Below the pieces are notes generated by a model that was given only the letters and a program-made list of their open reading frames with translations, made no database searches and was not told where the DNA came from. Of a stretch of 32,000 nt of DNA, positions 1 through 9,108 are shown piece by piece. Position numbers and translations under genes: made by a program. This DNA is from Candidatus Electronema aureum. GTDB taxonomy: Bacteria > Desulfobacterota > Desulfobulbia > Desulfobulbales > Desulfobulbaceae. The stretch lies in contig NQJD01000003.1 of the NCBI GenBank assembly GCA_004284765.1, positions 60,001-92,000 of the forward strand, in the 5' to 3' direction. How positions within the stretch are numbered: position 1 is the first letter of the stretch; every line of letters begins with the position of its first letter.

Positions 1-852
<852 letters not shown>

Positions 853-856
<4 letters not shown>

Positions 857-1155
857 TTGCCACCTCCCTCAGGTTTCGCTTCCTTCTTCTTGAACATCTT
901 CAGCATCCGGTCTGTGACCATGTAGCCGCCAACCACGTTGATTGAGGCCAACGCCACGGCCAAGGTGCCGAGCAGAGCAGAGAGGAACGGGTCGCTGATC
1001 TGTAAGGAGGCGATTGCACCAATCAGCGGAATACCGGAGATGGCGTTTGAGCCAGACATCAGCGGCGTGTGCAAGGTTGATGGCACCTTAGAGATCAGCT
1101 CAAAGCCGAGGAAAATTGCCAAGACAAAAACAAATGCTAAATAGACTGGTTCCAT
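853..1155 (-). CDS. pntAB: NAD(P) transhydrogenase alpha subunit, small membrane part (PntAB / alpha-2)
   Basis: 100-aa hydrophobic ORF (LHTPLMSGSNAISGI...VGGYMVTDRML) lying between pntAA and pntB, the split-alpha arrangement. Confidence 0.88.
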
Positions 1156-1162
1156 TTCATCC

Positions 1163-2299
1163 TCACTTATTGATTATGCTTTTGTACATCTCGCTGACAA
1201 CCTCGCCGTCATGGGTGATCAGTGCGCCCTTGATGATCTCGTCGTTGCGATTGAGATGGAAGGTCTTGGCGTTCTTGTCCCAGAAGTGCTCAACAAAGTT
1301 GCCGAGGTTGGACGAATACATCTGACTGGCGGTCTCTGCCACCCGGCCCGGCAGGTTGCCGAAGCCAATCACCCGCACCCCGCTGATTTCCACCACCTTG
1401 TCTAACTCCGAGCCTTCGACGTTGCCGCCGCTCTCCACAGCCATGTCGATCACCACCGAGCCAGGTCGCATCTCGGCGAGCATGTTGCGGTCAAGCAGGC
1501 GCGGTGCAGGGCGGCCAAAGAGCTGGGCCGTGGTGATCACCACGTCAGCACGGGCGCAGACCTTGGTCATGCCCTCTTTCTGCAACGCCAGCTGCTCCGG
1601 CGTGAGGGCTTTCGCATAGCCGTCCTTAGTCTGGCCGATCTCGCCTAAATTAATCTTGACGAACTTCGCGCCGAGCGACTTGACCTGCTCTTCCACCACA
1701 GGCCGGGTGTCGAACGCCTCGACCACCGCGCCCAGCCGCTTGGCTGTGGCGATAGCCTGCAAGCCAGCCACGCCCACGCCGATGATAAAGACCCGCGTCG
1801 GCTTGATCGTACCTGCCGGAGTGGTCATCATCGGGAAAACCTTGTCTAAATGCTCTGCGCTGAGGATCACCGCAGTGTAGCCCGCCAAGCTGGCTTGCGA
1901 GGAAAGCACATCCATCTTTTGGGCCACCGTGCTGCGGGGGATCATCTCCAAGCTGACTGCCGATATCTTCGCCCGACGCAGCAGCTCGACCAGCTCGGCT
2001 TCATTGAAGGGGTCAAGGTAGCTGACGTGAATGCAGCCCTGCTGCATCAGCTCGATCTCGTCCGCAGGCGGCTTGCGCAGGCGAAGCACCATATCGGCAG
2101 ACTGGAGCAGCTCGCGCCGGGATGCGCTGACCGTGGCACCGGCCTTTTCGTAGTCTGCGTTCTCGAAACGGCAGCTTTGGCCCAGCCCGGATTCAATCAC
2201 CAGCTCTGCGCCCAATTTGACTAACTTTTCCGCAGTGACCGGGATCAGGGGAATCCGTCGCTCCCCCGGATGGCTTTCCTTCATGACCGCAATTTTCAT
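1163..2299 (-). CDS. pntAA: NAD(P) transhydrogenase alpha subunit, soluble dI part (PntAA, alanine-dehydrogenase-like)
   Basis: 378-aa ORF with a Rossmann GVGVAGLQAIATAKRLGA motif and an AlaDH/PNT-type N-terminus. AAGGAG lies upstream of the ATG. Confidence 0.92.
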   Translation of the reverse strand: MKIAVMKESHPGERRIPLIPVTAEKLVKLGAELVIESGLGQSCRFENADYEKAGATVSASRRELLQSADMVLRLRKPPADEIELMQQGCIHVSYLDPFNEAELVELLRRAKISAVSLEMIPRSTVAQKMDVLSSQASLAGYTAVILSAEHLDKVFPMMTTPAGTIKPTRVFIIGVGVAGLQAIATAKRLGAVVEAFDTRPVVEEQVKSLGAKFVKINLGEIGQTKDGYAKALTPEQLALQKEGMTKVCARADVVITTAQLFGRPAPRLLDRNMLAEMRPGSVVIDMAVESGGNVEGSELDKVVEISGVRVIGFGNLPGRVAETASQMYSSNLGNFVEHFWDKNAKTFHLNRNDEIIKGALITHDGEVVSEMYKSIINK

Positions 2300-2778
2300 A
2301 AGCAGCTCCTTAGGTAACTATCAACAATTCTGATGCGAAGTCGTCTGCGGCATCCTTTCAGCAGGGCCGCCCCTGCGCCGCCTCAGCAGAGAGGGCTGTT
2401 ATTTTTTACACGAAACGGAGAGGAATGACTACGGGAAACAGCAAGGTGATGCAGAGGGAAGGAGGATGGGGCGGCCTGCGCTCACCGTTCCGCCCATTTC
2501 TGGAAGAAGCCGCTGCTGTCGCCGTCCTTTGCCTGCCGGTCGGTCGTTGGGGTGAAGCTGGAACGGATTTTCTTGGAATTCATAACGGAGGAAAAAGAAG
2601 TTACAGCAAAGCAGCTTGGATCAGAGAATATCTGTCAATACATATTCGCGTAATCAAACTCGAAGAGTTGACGGCACTGCTCCCGCAGATGCTTGATGAC
2701 CTCTTCTTTTGTCTGGCCTAATTGGAAGCCGCCTGAAGCACGGTTGCAAGCCGGAACGGAGACGAGTCATGGCGGAGG

Positions 2779-4971
2779 TTAATCTTTGATGCAGCGAACA
2801 CTAGTGCCTCCTGCTCTGGAACCGAAAATGATACTGCCGTCGAATGTTGAAAATAGAGCAGAAACAGCATCTTTTACCGTGCTGGACCAATATTCATGGC
2901 TTTCTCCTATACGAACACAGGCTGGATGCACAGCAGTTGTCCTTGATAACTTCAGAGGCGAGGCAAAAGCACCAATTTCATCTCTTGAAATCCAAGTATC
3001 CATTTCTGCTTGCCATTCGTCAGCTGTTGGCAGTCTAAAACCTGTTGGGCATGGATTGTTTATACCATTCACCCCTTGCCAAAGATTGCCATTTTGTGGC
3101 ACTCTCCAATTCCAATCAGTAGAATTATTAGACATACAAATAAATTGATCATGCCCAGGAACATCGGTGGTGCTGCGTTGATACGTATATCCTCCTGTCC
3201 GCTTTTGATGTCCATCCGCAAGACGGCCCCACTGATACGAATCACCATAAGCCTGTCCGTCGTTATAGCTGGTTGCAACCCGCGAAGCACCAAGGTTTCT
3301 GTCCATCCATACCCGGCCTGTTGGGGAGGTGACGGTTGGAACATCGCAGGTATCTGTGAGTTTCGCGTAGTACCACGCTCCGTGCCAGCCGGGAAGTTCC
3401 ATTTCTTCATCTTTAGGAATATGAAAACTATAGGAGAGCGGATCAATATCTGATTTTATCCACGATGAGTCATCAAAATTTATGCCAAAATTGACAGCTC
3501 CCCCAAATACAGCCCCAGCCCCAATACCGCGCGTGAAGCAAGCATCAGTTTGCCAGCTCCACGGCGCGTCCAAGCTGTCAGTGCCATAGCTCGCTGTTCC
3601 TTTCGCCGAGAAACTTGATTGGGCAACAAGATTCATCCCTGCACTGGCGACACGTATGTTCAGCGCAAAAAAATCTATGTCCGCAGCAATGCCTGCTGTA
3701 GCTTTTGCATTGAATTCGCCATTAAAGACTGGGGCCTCCAACAAACGGCCAGAACTGGCAACCCGTTGCAGCGACTTGATGATCTCAAACTTATTGTCAG
3801 TTTTCTTGATACCAAGCGATAAATTTGCAGGGTTCAGATGAGCAAGGCTTAAATCTCCATCAATTGAGTATTCACCTTTAAGCACTAAGGATATCCATAC
3901 AATAACACCAAGTTCTTTTGCGTTACGGACAGGAGTTTGCGTTTGCCCAAGATACGAAAGACAAGGTTTTTCAGGGGGACATTTTACCGAAAAAACCAAA
4001 CCCGCAAGAGGATATTTCCCTTGTTTGTCTTCCAATGAAAGACCTATGATTTTTCCGCTGGAAATTTTTAAATCAAACGCTTGATCCTCTACTTCATTCC
4101 ATGCCCTTGAGAAATAACCAAACGTGACTGAACCTTTTCCGTTAAACTTCACATCGAAATCCAGCTCCCCATCCAGTCTCAGGTTGAGCCTGTTTAATTT
4201 CAATCCATTGATTTCATAATCTTCAGTGTATTTGATTTTGTCAAAAGAACCGCTGACATCAAAACCAACAGAGCTGCTGCCTGCCACGGGAGACATTCTG
4301 CTTGCGTCAACCCCCATGCTCCCAAGTTCAATTTTCGCGTCAAGCGAAATCGGGTCTGGGGTCACAATGACATTCTGCTGTTCAGCCATCTTTAAAAGAA
4401 GCTCTTGTTTCTGCACATATTCATCTCGAAGAACATAGAAGTTTCCTTTCGATGAATTTGATACCTTTTCTAAAGCTGGAGATGTGAACTGTACGGCGGA
4501 AGGGGTGATAATTCCAACGAAATTGCTCGTATCCAGAGCTATATTGCTGATATCTGAACGCCCTTCCTTGATGGATTCAGCAAACGACAGCTCACCTAAC
4601 ACGATAGTTTTTGTTTCATCAGCATTCACCACATAGCTTATCACTTTTCCTGAAAAACCAATGGGAAAGCGACTGTCTATATCTGGTGGAATATACAATA
4701 TTTTTCCAACTTGCAACGAGTCTGCTATTGCACCAGACAGACGAATTTGCATTTCTCCGGTCGCAGTTTTGCTAATATCTACAATATTACTGACACTATT
4801 CTTGCCAACATCAATGACATTGTCAGCCAGAGTAAAAGTTCCAGACATTCTTGGAGCTTTTGAAACTATCGCAGGAATGTCGAAAAGAAGAGACGAGTTA
4901 CCCGATGCCTTACCTTGGAGACAGGAAAAAGATGCGATTGATGCAGCAAGAATAAGGACGAACTTTTTCAT
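2779..4971 (-). CDS. Secreted or lipoprotein with a large unassigned N-terminal region and a C-terminal FISH/DUF1566-type (C-type-lectin-like) domain
   Basis: ORF 2779..5049. The start is more likely the ATG at 4971 (GGAGG 8 nt upstream), giving MKKFVLILAASIASFSC, a signal peptide with a lipobox-like Cys. The C-terminus has VWMDRNLGA...YQWGR...NPCPTGFRLPTADEW...YWSST...GTSVRCIKD, the pattern of the Fibrobacter-succinogenes-major-paralogous / DUF1566 family. The gene is AT-rich relative to its neighbours. Confidence 0.75.
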   Translation of the reverse strand: MKKFVLILAASIASFSCLQGKASGNSSLLFDIPAIVSKAPRMSGTFTLADNVIDVGKNSVSNIVDISKTATGEMQIRLSGAIADSLQVGKILYIPPDIDSRFPIGFSGKVISYVVNADETKTIVLGELSFAESIKEGRSDISNIALDTSNFVGIITPSAVQFTSPALEKVSNSSKGNFYVLRDEYVQKQELLLKMAEQQNVIVTPDPISLDAKIELGSMGVDASRMSPVAGSSSVGFDVSGSFDKIKYTEDYEINGLKLNRLNLRLDGELDFDVKFNGKGSVTFGYFSRAWNEVEDQAFDLKISSGKIIGLSLEDKQGKYPLAGLVFSVKCPPEKPCLSYLGQTQTPVRNAKELGVIVWISLVLKGEYSIDGDLSLAHLNPANLSLGIKKTDNKFEIIKSLQRVASSGRLLEAPVFNGEFNAKATAGIAADIDFFALNIRVASAGMNLVAQSSFSAKGTASYGTDSLDAPWSWQTDACFTRGIGAGAVFGGAVNFGINFDDSSWIKSDIDPLSYSFHIPKDEEMELPGWHGAWYYAKLTDTCDVPTVTSPTGRVWMDRNLGASRVATSYNDGQAYGDSYQWGRLADGHQKRTGGYTYQRSTTDVPGHDQFICMSNNSTDWNWRVPQNGNLWQGVNGINNPCPTGFRLPTADEWQAEMDTWISRDEIGAFASPLKLSRTTAVHPACVRIGESHEYWSSTVKDAVSALFSTFDGSIIFGSRAGGTSVRCIKD

Positions 4972-5119
4972 TTTCATGACCTCCGTAGCAAATTTGAGCA
5001 ATAAGGCGAGTGCCTTGCCGGATTTCAGCAAGCGTACAGTATAGGCCAAGAAGACGGTTTTGTCATGAAAAACTATGCGGCAGGGGGAGATTCAAACTCA
5101 GGCGGGAATAACTGAAACT

Positions 5120-5149
5120 TGCTGCGCCGCCCAAAAAGACGACGCAACA
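5120..5149 (-). terminator. Possible stem-loop downstream of nuoN
   Basis: Minus-strand RNA uguugcgucguc-uuuuug-ggcggcgcagca forms about 12 bp, including G-U pairs. There is no clean U tract afterwards. Confidence 0.3.
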
Positions 5150-5172
5150 GGTGTGGTGGCGAAGGCTTCATC

Positions 5173-6600
5173 TCACCCCGCCACCGCCAGTATGCCGCCG
5201 CTGATGGACGGCAGTATCCCCATCAGCAGCATCGCCGCTGTCAGCAGAAAGAGGCAGATGAACTGCACGCCGTCCAGCATCAGTGGTTTCCGCTCAGCCT
5301 GCGGCTCAATGATGTAGGCTTCTTTCACCAGCAGCAGGTAGTAATACAGCGAGACGGTGGAGTTGAGCGCGGCAAAGACCACCATCGCATAATATCCCTG
5401 CTTGGCGGCAGCGGCGAAAAGGAAGAACTTGCCCATGAAACCGGCCAAGGGTGGAATCCCAGCCAGAGAAAAGGCGGTGAGCATCAGCACGGCAGCGAGC
5501 ACCGGGTTGTTTTTGCCCAAACCTTGCAGACCGCTGCGTTGTTCGTTGCCGTCACGGCCAATGGCAGCAAGAATAAAGAAGATGGCGTAGTTGGCCGCTG
5601 CATAGACAAAGAGGTAAAAGATGATTGAGGAGCGGGCCGAACCGGCATCACCCGCCAGAGCCATGATGATATATCCGGCCTGAGCGATGGAGGAGTAGGC
5701 CATGAAGCGGCGCAGTCGCTCCTGCTTCATTGCGCCGAGATTGCCCACAGTCATGGTGGCTGCAGCCAAGATCAGAACTACTGGCTGAAGATAGCTGTGC
5801 AGGGCGGCCAGCGGGCCGTAGAGCAAGGCAAGCAGGAAGGCGATGCCCACTGCCTTGGAAGACACGGAGATAAAGGCTGTGACCGGGGTCGGTGCGCCGT
5901 CATAGACATCCGGTGCCCACATGTGGAAGGGGAAGATGGTCAGTTTGAAGCCGACAGCGGCAAGCACGAACAATATACCCAAGCGAAGCAGCGGCTCGTT
6001 CGGATTGGCGGCGCAGAATTTTGCCAAAGCCTCAAACGTCACGGAGCCTGCCGCGCCGTAAAGGAAAGACAGGCCGAAGAGCATCAGGGCGGTGGAGATC
6101 GCCCCCATCATCATGTACTTGGTCGAGGCTTCCAGCGACAGCGCATCTTCCTTGTAGAACCCGCTGAGGATGTAGAGCGGAATTGCGGACAGCTCGATGC
6201 CGATGAACAGGGTCAGCAGGTCGGTGGCGGAAACCACAGTGAACATGCCGAAGGTGCAGAGCAGGATGATAGTCAGAAACTCGCTGCGGTGGCGGAGCGT
6301 GCCCCGCTTGTTGCCGCCTGGCGTAAAATACGCCCCGGAGAGCAGCACCGTGAAGAGCGCGGACAGCACGAAGACCTGCTTGAAGAGCAGCGAGGTGCCG
6401 GTGACAAGATAGCCGCCCGGATACAACACCGTCTGATCATACGGCAGGCGGAGCAGGACAACGAAGATGGCGCAGAGTCCCAGCCAAGCGAAATGAAACG
6501 GCACGGTCGAGGTCAGGTTGACTTTGCCCCGGTACAGATCATAGCCCATGATCAGGGCGGCCAGCAGGACAAGGAGGATATCTGGCAAGAGGAGTTTCAT
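5173..6600 (-). CDS. nuoN: NADH-quinone oxidoreductase subunit N
   Basis: 475-aa polytopic antiporter-like ORF in last position of the nuo order, 4 nt after nuoM. Confidence 0.92.
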   Translation of the reverse strand: MKLLLPDILLVLLAALIMGYDLYRGKVNLTSTVPFHFAWLGLCAIFVVLLRLPYDQTVLYPGGYLVTGTSLLFKQVFVLSALFTVLLSGAYFTPGGNKRGTLRHRSEFLTIILLCTFGMFTVVSATDLLTLFIGIELSAIPLYILSGFYKEDALSLEASTKYMMMGAISTALMLFGLSFLYGAAGSVTFEALAKFCAANPNEPLLRLGILFVLAAVGFKLTIFPFHMWAPDVYDGAPTPVTAFISVSSKAVGIAFLLALLYGPLAALHSYLQPVVLILAAATMTVGNLGAMKQERLRRFMAYSSIAQAGYIIMALAGDAGSARSSIIFYLFVYAAANYAIFFILAAIGRDGNEQRSGLQGLGKNNPVLAAVLMLTAFSLAGIPPLAGFMGKFFLFAAAAKQGYYAMVVFAALNSTVSLYYYLLLVKEAYIIEPQAERKPLMLDGVQFICLFLLTAAMLLMGILPSISGGILAVAG

Positions 6601-6604
6601 GGGA

Positions 6605-8116
6605 TTAACGCATCAGGTTGTTGTAAATGGGATGCACCGCGCCGTTGACCAGCTCGACAATCCAGCCGGGCAGGATGCCCATTGCGAAGAGACAGAAGAG
6701 CAGGATCGTCACAGGGATTTTTTCGATCAAAGAGGCATCGGTCAGGGTCTTGTAATGGTCGGAGATCGGCCCGTTGACCAAGCCATTCACCGCCCGCAGG
6801 ACATAAACCGCTGTCACCACGATGGAGAGCACGGCCAGCACGGTGCAGAAGCGGTAGAGCGGCGCGGGATTGGCGAAGGCCCCGACAAAGACGTTGGCCT
6901 CAGCGACGAAACCCGATAAACCGGGCAGGCCCAAGCCCGCCAAGCCGACGATCACGTAGGCCACAGAAAGAAATGGCATCACCTTCATCAGGCCGCCCAT
7001 TTCGCTCACCGTGCGGGTGTGGGTTCTGCCATAGATCATGCCGATCAGACAGAAGAAAAGGGCGGTCATCAGGCCGTGGGAGATCATCTGCAAGACCCCG
7101 CCCTTGATGCCTGCGAAGGTCAGGGCGGTGAAGCCGAAGAGCACCATGCCGCAGTGCGAGACTGAGGAATAGGCGGTGATGTATTTCAGGTCGGTCTGTT
7201 TGATCGCCCCGAACGCGCCGTAGAGCACGTTGATGGTGACAAGAACCAAGAAGAAGGACATCCACATGTTCGCTCCTTCCGGCAGCAGGTACATGCCGAC
7301 GCGCAGGCAGCCGTAGCCGCCGAGCTTCATCAGCACACCAGCGTGGAGCATGGACACGGCGGTGGGCGCGGAAGCGTGGCCGTCCGGCGACCAGGTGTGG
7401 AAGGGGAAGATCGCGCCCAGCACACCGAAGCCAAGAAAGATGATCGGGAAGGCCCAGTATTGGAATTCCGGCGAGAACGTGGCCTGGGCCAGCTTCTGGA
7501 GGTCAAAGCTGTTCATGCCGGATTCAAAGTAGAGGCCCAAGATGCCCGCGAGGATGAAGGCCGAGCCAGCCACCAGCATCAGAGTCAGCTTCATGGCCGA
7601 GTATTCTTTCTTGCCCGTGCCCCAGAGTCCGATGAGCAGGTACATCGGCAGCACCGCGATTTCGTAGAAGACGAAGAAGGTGAAAAGATCGAGGGAGATG
7701 AACACCCCGTACACCCCGGCCACCAGCACGTTGAGGAGGACAAAGAACTCCTTGGCCTGCTTTTCCACGCCCCAGCTCGCCAGCACTCCGCAGAAGATGA
7801 CGATGGCCGTGAGCAGCATCATCAGCACCGAGATGGCATCCACGCCGATGTTGTACTCGATGTTCAGCATTTGCAGCCAAACCGTCTTGCCGGTGAAGTG
7901 GAACTGGCTGAGTTTCGCCCCTGCCGCCGCCGGGTGTTCTGCCTCCGCGCTGATGAAGGCGAAGGTCAGGCCGATCACCAGCAGCAGGTTGATCAGGTTT
8001 CCGGCCAGCGAAATCTTCTTGATGCGCCGGTGGTCATCGCGGTCAACCGGCAGGGAGACCAGCGCGGTGAGAAAAGGGACAGCCCAGATCAAGGTGAGCA
8101 GAAATGATCCGTTCAT
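6605..8116 (-). CDS. nuoM: NADH-quinone oxidoreductase subunit M
   Basis: 503-aa antiporter-like ORF (WSPDGHASAPTAVSMLHAGVLMKLGGYG). GGAG lies 8 nt upstream of the ATG. Confidence 0.92.
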   Translation of the reverse strand: MNGSFLLTLIWAVPFLTALVSLPVDRDDHRRIKKISLAGNLINLLLVIGLTFAFISAEAEHPAAAGAKLSQFHFTGKTVWLQMLNIEYNIGVDAISVLMMLLTAIVIFCGVLASWGVEKQAKEFFVLLNVLVAGVYGVFISLDLFTFFVFYEIAVLPMYLLIGLWGTGKKEYSAMKLTLMLVAGSAFILAGILGLYFESGMNSFDLQKLAQATFSPEFQYWAFPIIFLGFGVLGAIFPFHTWSPDGHASAPTAVSMLHAGVLMKLGGYGCLRVGMYLLPEGANMWMSFFLVLVTINVLYGAFGAIKQTDLKYITAYSSVSHCGMVLFGFTALTFAGIKGGVLQMISHGLMTALFFCLIGMIYGRTHTRTVSEMGGLMKVMPFLSVAYVIVGLAGLGLPGLSGFVAEANVFVGAFANPAPLYRFCTVLAVLSIVVTAVYVLRAVNGLVNGPISDHYKTLTDASLIEKIPVTILLFCLFAMGILPGWIVELVNGAVHPIYNNLMR

Positions 8117-8547
8117 AAAAAGACTCCGTTGCTGGGTTCGCAGGTGCGGCTGAGGTTGGTCATGATGCGATTGCAGTTAATTTCTTTTTTGCTGCCAAGA
8201 TGCAGTTTTTCGCTTCTGCTACTCTTCCAAGCACAGCTCAATCGCTTCTTGGATATTGCGCAAGGCTTCATCAATCGTCTTGCCGTAGCTTCTGCATCCT
8301 TGAAACAGAGGACAGCTAACGATGAAAACGCCGTCTGAATCAGCTCAAACAGTTTCCACTCGATACCAAGCTGCTTGACCGCAGCTCGAAGTGTTCCCAA
8401 TTTGAGATCACGGCTGCCCCAATCTGGCAGCGCAGTGATTTGCTGCGTCGCCGGATTCAGCCACTTGCGATGCGAGCCGCCACTTCTGCGGGGCAGCTCA
8501 ACACATTGCAACGCGGTGAGTTTCTTCGCCGCTTCCCGATAGTTCAA
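8113..8547 (-). CDS. hicA: HicA-family toxin with an abnormal stop-less 3' extension
   Basis: The first ~70 codons (about 8338-8547) read NYREAAKKL...LPRRSGGSHRKWLNP...GTLRAAVKQLGIEWKLFEL, typical HicA. The frame then continues ~75 codons with no family resemblance until a TGA overlapping the nuoM ATG. The TTG start overlaps the hicB stop (TTGA). Confidence 0.7.
   Translation of the reverse strand: MNYREAAKKLTALQCVELPRRSGGSHRKWLNPATQQITALPDWGSRDLKLGTLRAAVKQLGIEWKLFELIQTAFSSLAVLCFKDAEATARRLMKPCAISKKRLSCAWKSSRSEKLHLGSKKEINCNRIMTNLSRTCEPSNGVFL
8222..8344 (-). pseudogene. HicB/UPF0150-type antitoxin remnant in a different frame from the hicA extension
   Basis: Hand translation: ...WYRVETV*ADSDGVFIVSCPLFQGCRSYGKTIDEALRNIQEAIELCLEE*. 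This matches the HicB N-domain pattern (YxVxxE..DGgyxxxxPxlpGCxsqGxTxeEAlxNixEAIelxLE) but has an in-frame TGA (8345-8347) and no start codon. Confidence 0.6.
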
Positions 8548-8792
8548 GCTGTCGCCACCAAGGTTTCCAGCCAGACAGGGCTGTGCGGCGCATCAGGAAG
8601 CTGCAAGCCAAACGGCAGCTCACGTCCCATATCCTGATATGCCTCAACCACGGCCTGAAGAGCATCTTGCACATTGATCATCACTTCTTCAACACTGTCG
8701 CCTTCCGTGACCAATTCCGGCAAAACAGGCGAGGTGACTGTAAAGCCGCCTTCCGGCTGTGGTGTCAGGAGCAATGGAATTTTGTAAAACAT
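8544..8792 (-). CDS. hicB: HicB-family antitoxin (short, N-domain only)
   Basis: 82 aa: YKIPLLLTPQPEGGFTVTSPVLPELVTEGDSVEEVMINVQDALQAVVEAY. It overlaps the hicA start by 4 nt. Confidence 0.75.
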   Translation of the reverse strand: MFYKIPLLLTPQPEGGFTVTSPVLPELVTEGDSVEEVMINVQDALQAVVEAYQDMGRELPFGLQLPDAPHSPVWLETLVATA

Positions 8793-8808
8793 TTTGATTT
8801 ACTCATCA

Positions 8809-9108
8809 TCAAATGACATTTTGATAATTGGTGATGTCTCGATTGCCCATCAATAACCCTGGCACGCTGATGTCTTCATCAATTTCATCCCAATGAATTC
8901 CCATGCCGCCGCCGCTTAACTCATACTGATTGCGCTGATGTGCAGTGGCGTTGAGCAAGCGGGGAAAATAAGCCAATGGGACAAACAACTGCCGCCCATC
9001 ATAAAACGCTACGCACAGATTTTCTTGGTCAAACCAAACCTTTGACGCTTTAGCTTCGAGATGTTGCATAACGCACTGCCGGATGCGGTCAACGATCTCA
9101 TCTTCCAT
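8809..9108 (-). CDS. DUF2442-family protein
   Basis: 99 aa with ...VAFYDGRQLFVPLAYFPRLLNATAHQRNQYELSGGGMGIHWDEIDEDISVPGLL, the DUF2442 signature. Its ATG lies 11 nt inside the end of the upstream 363-aa ORF. Confidence 0.75.
   Translation of the reverse strand: MEDEIVDRIRQCVMQHLEAKASKVWFDQENLCVAFYDGRQLFVPLAYFPRLLNATAHQRNQYELSGGGMGIHWDEIDEDISVPGLLMGNRDITNYQNVI

Noticed and set aside
2425-2721. 98-aa plus-strand ORF, plus small minus-strand ORFs, in the pntAA upstream gap
   Set aside because: None has an RBS or a recognisable motif. One minus-frame fragment (LGQTKEEVIKHLREQCRQLFEFDYANMY*) has no start codon. The region is treated as non-coding leader.
2779-3150. Diversity-generating retroelement targeting the lectin-like C-terminus of the 756-aa protein
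   Set aside because: No reverse transcriptase, no template-repeat copy of the 3' end and no accessory gene is visible in the window. This is only a fold-class association.
5797-6648. 283-aa plus-strand ORF, with similar long plus ORFs at 7343-8107, 11761-12564 and 18289-19437
   Set aside because: These are antisense shadow ORFs inside GC-rich nuo genes. They are Arg/Gly/Asp/His-rich low-complexity translations with no RBS, and each overlaps a well-supported gene on the opposite strand.
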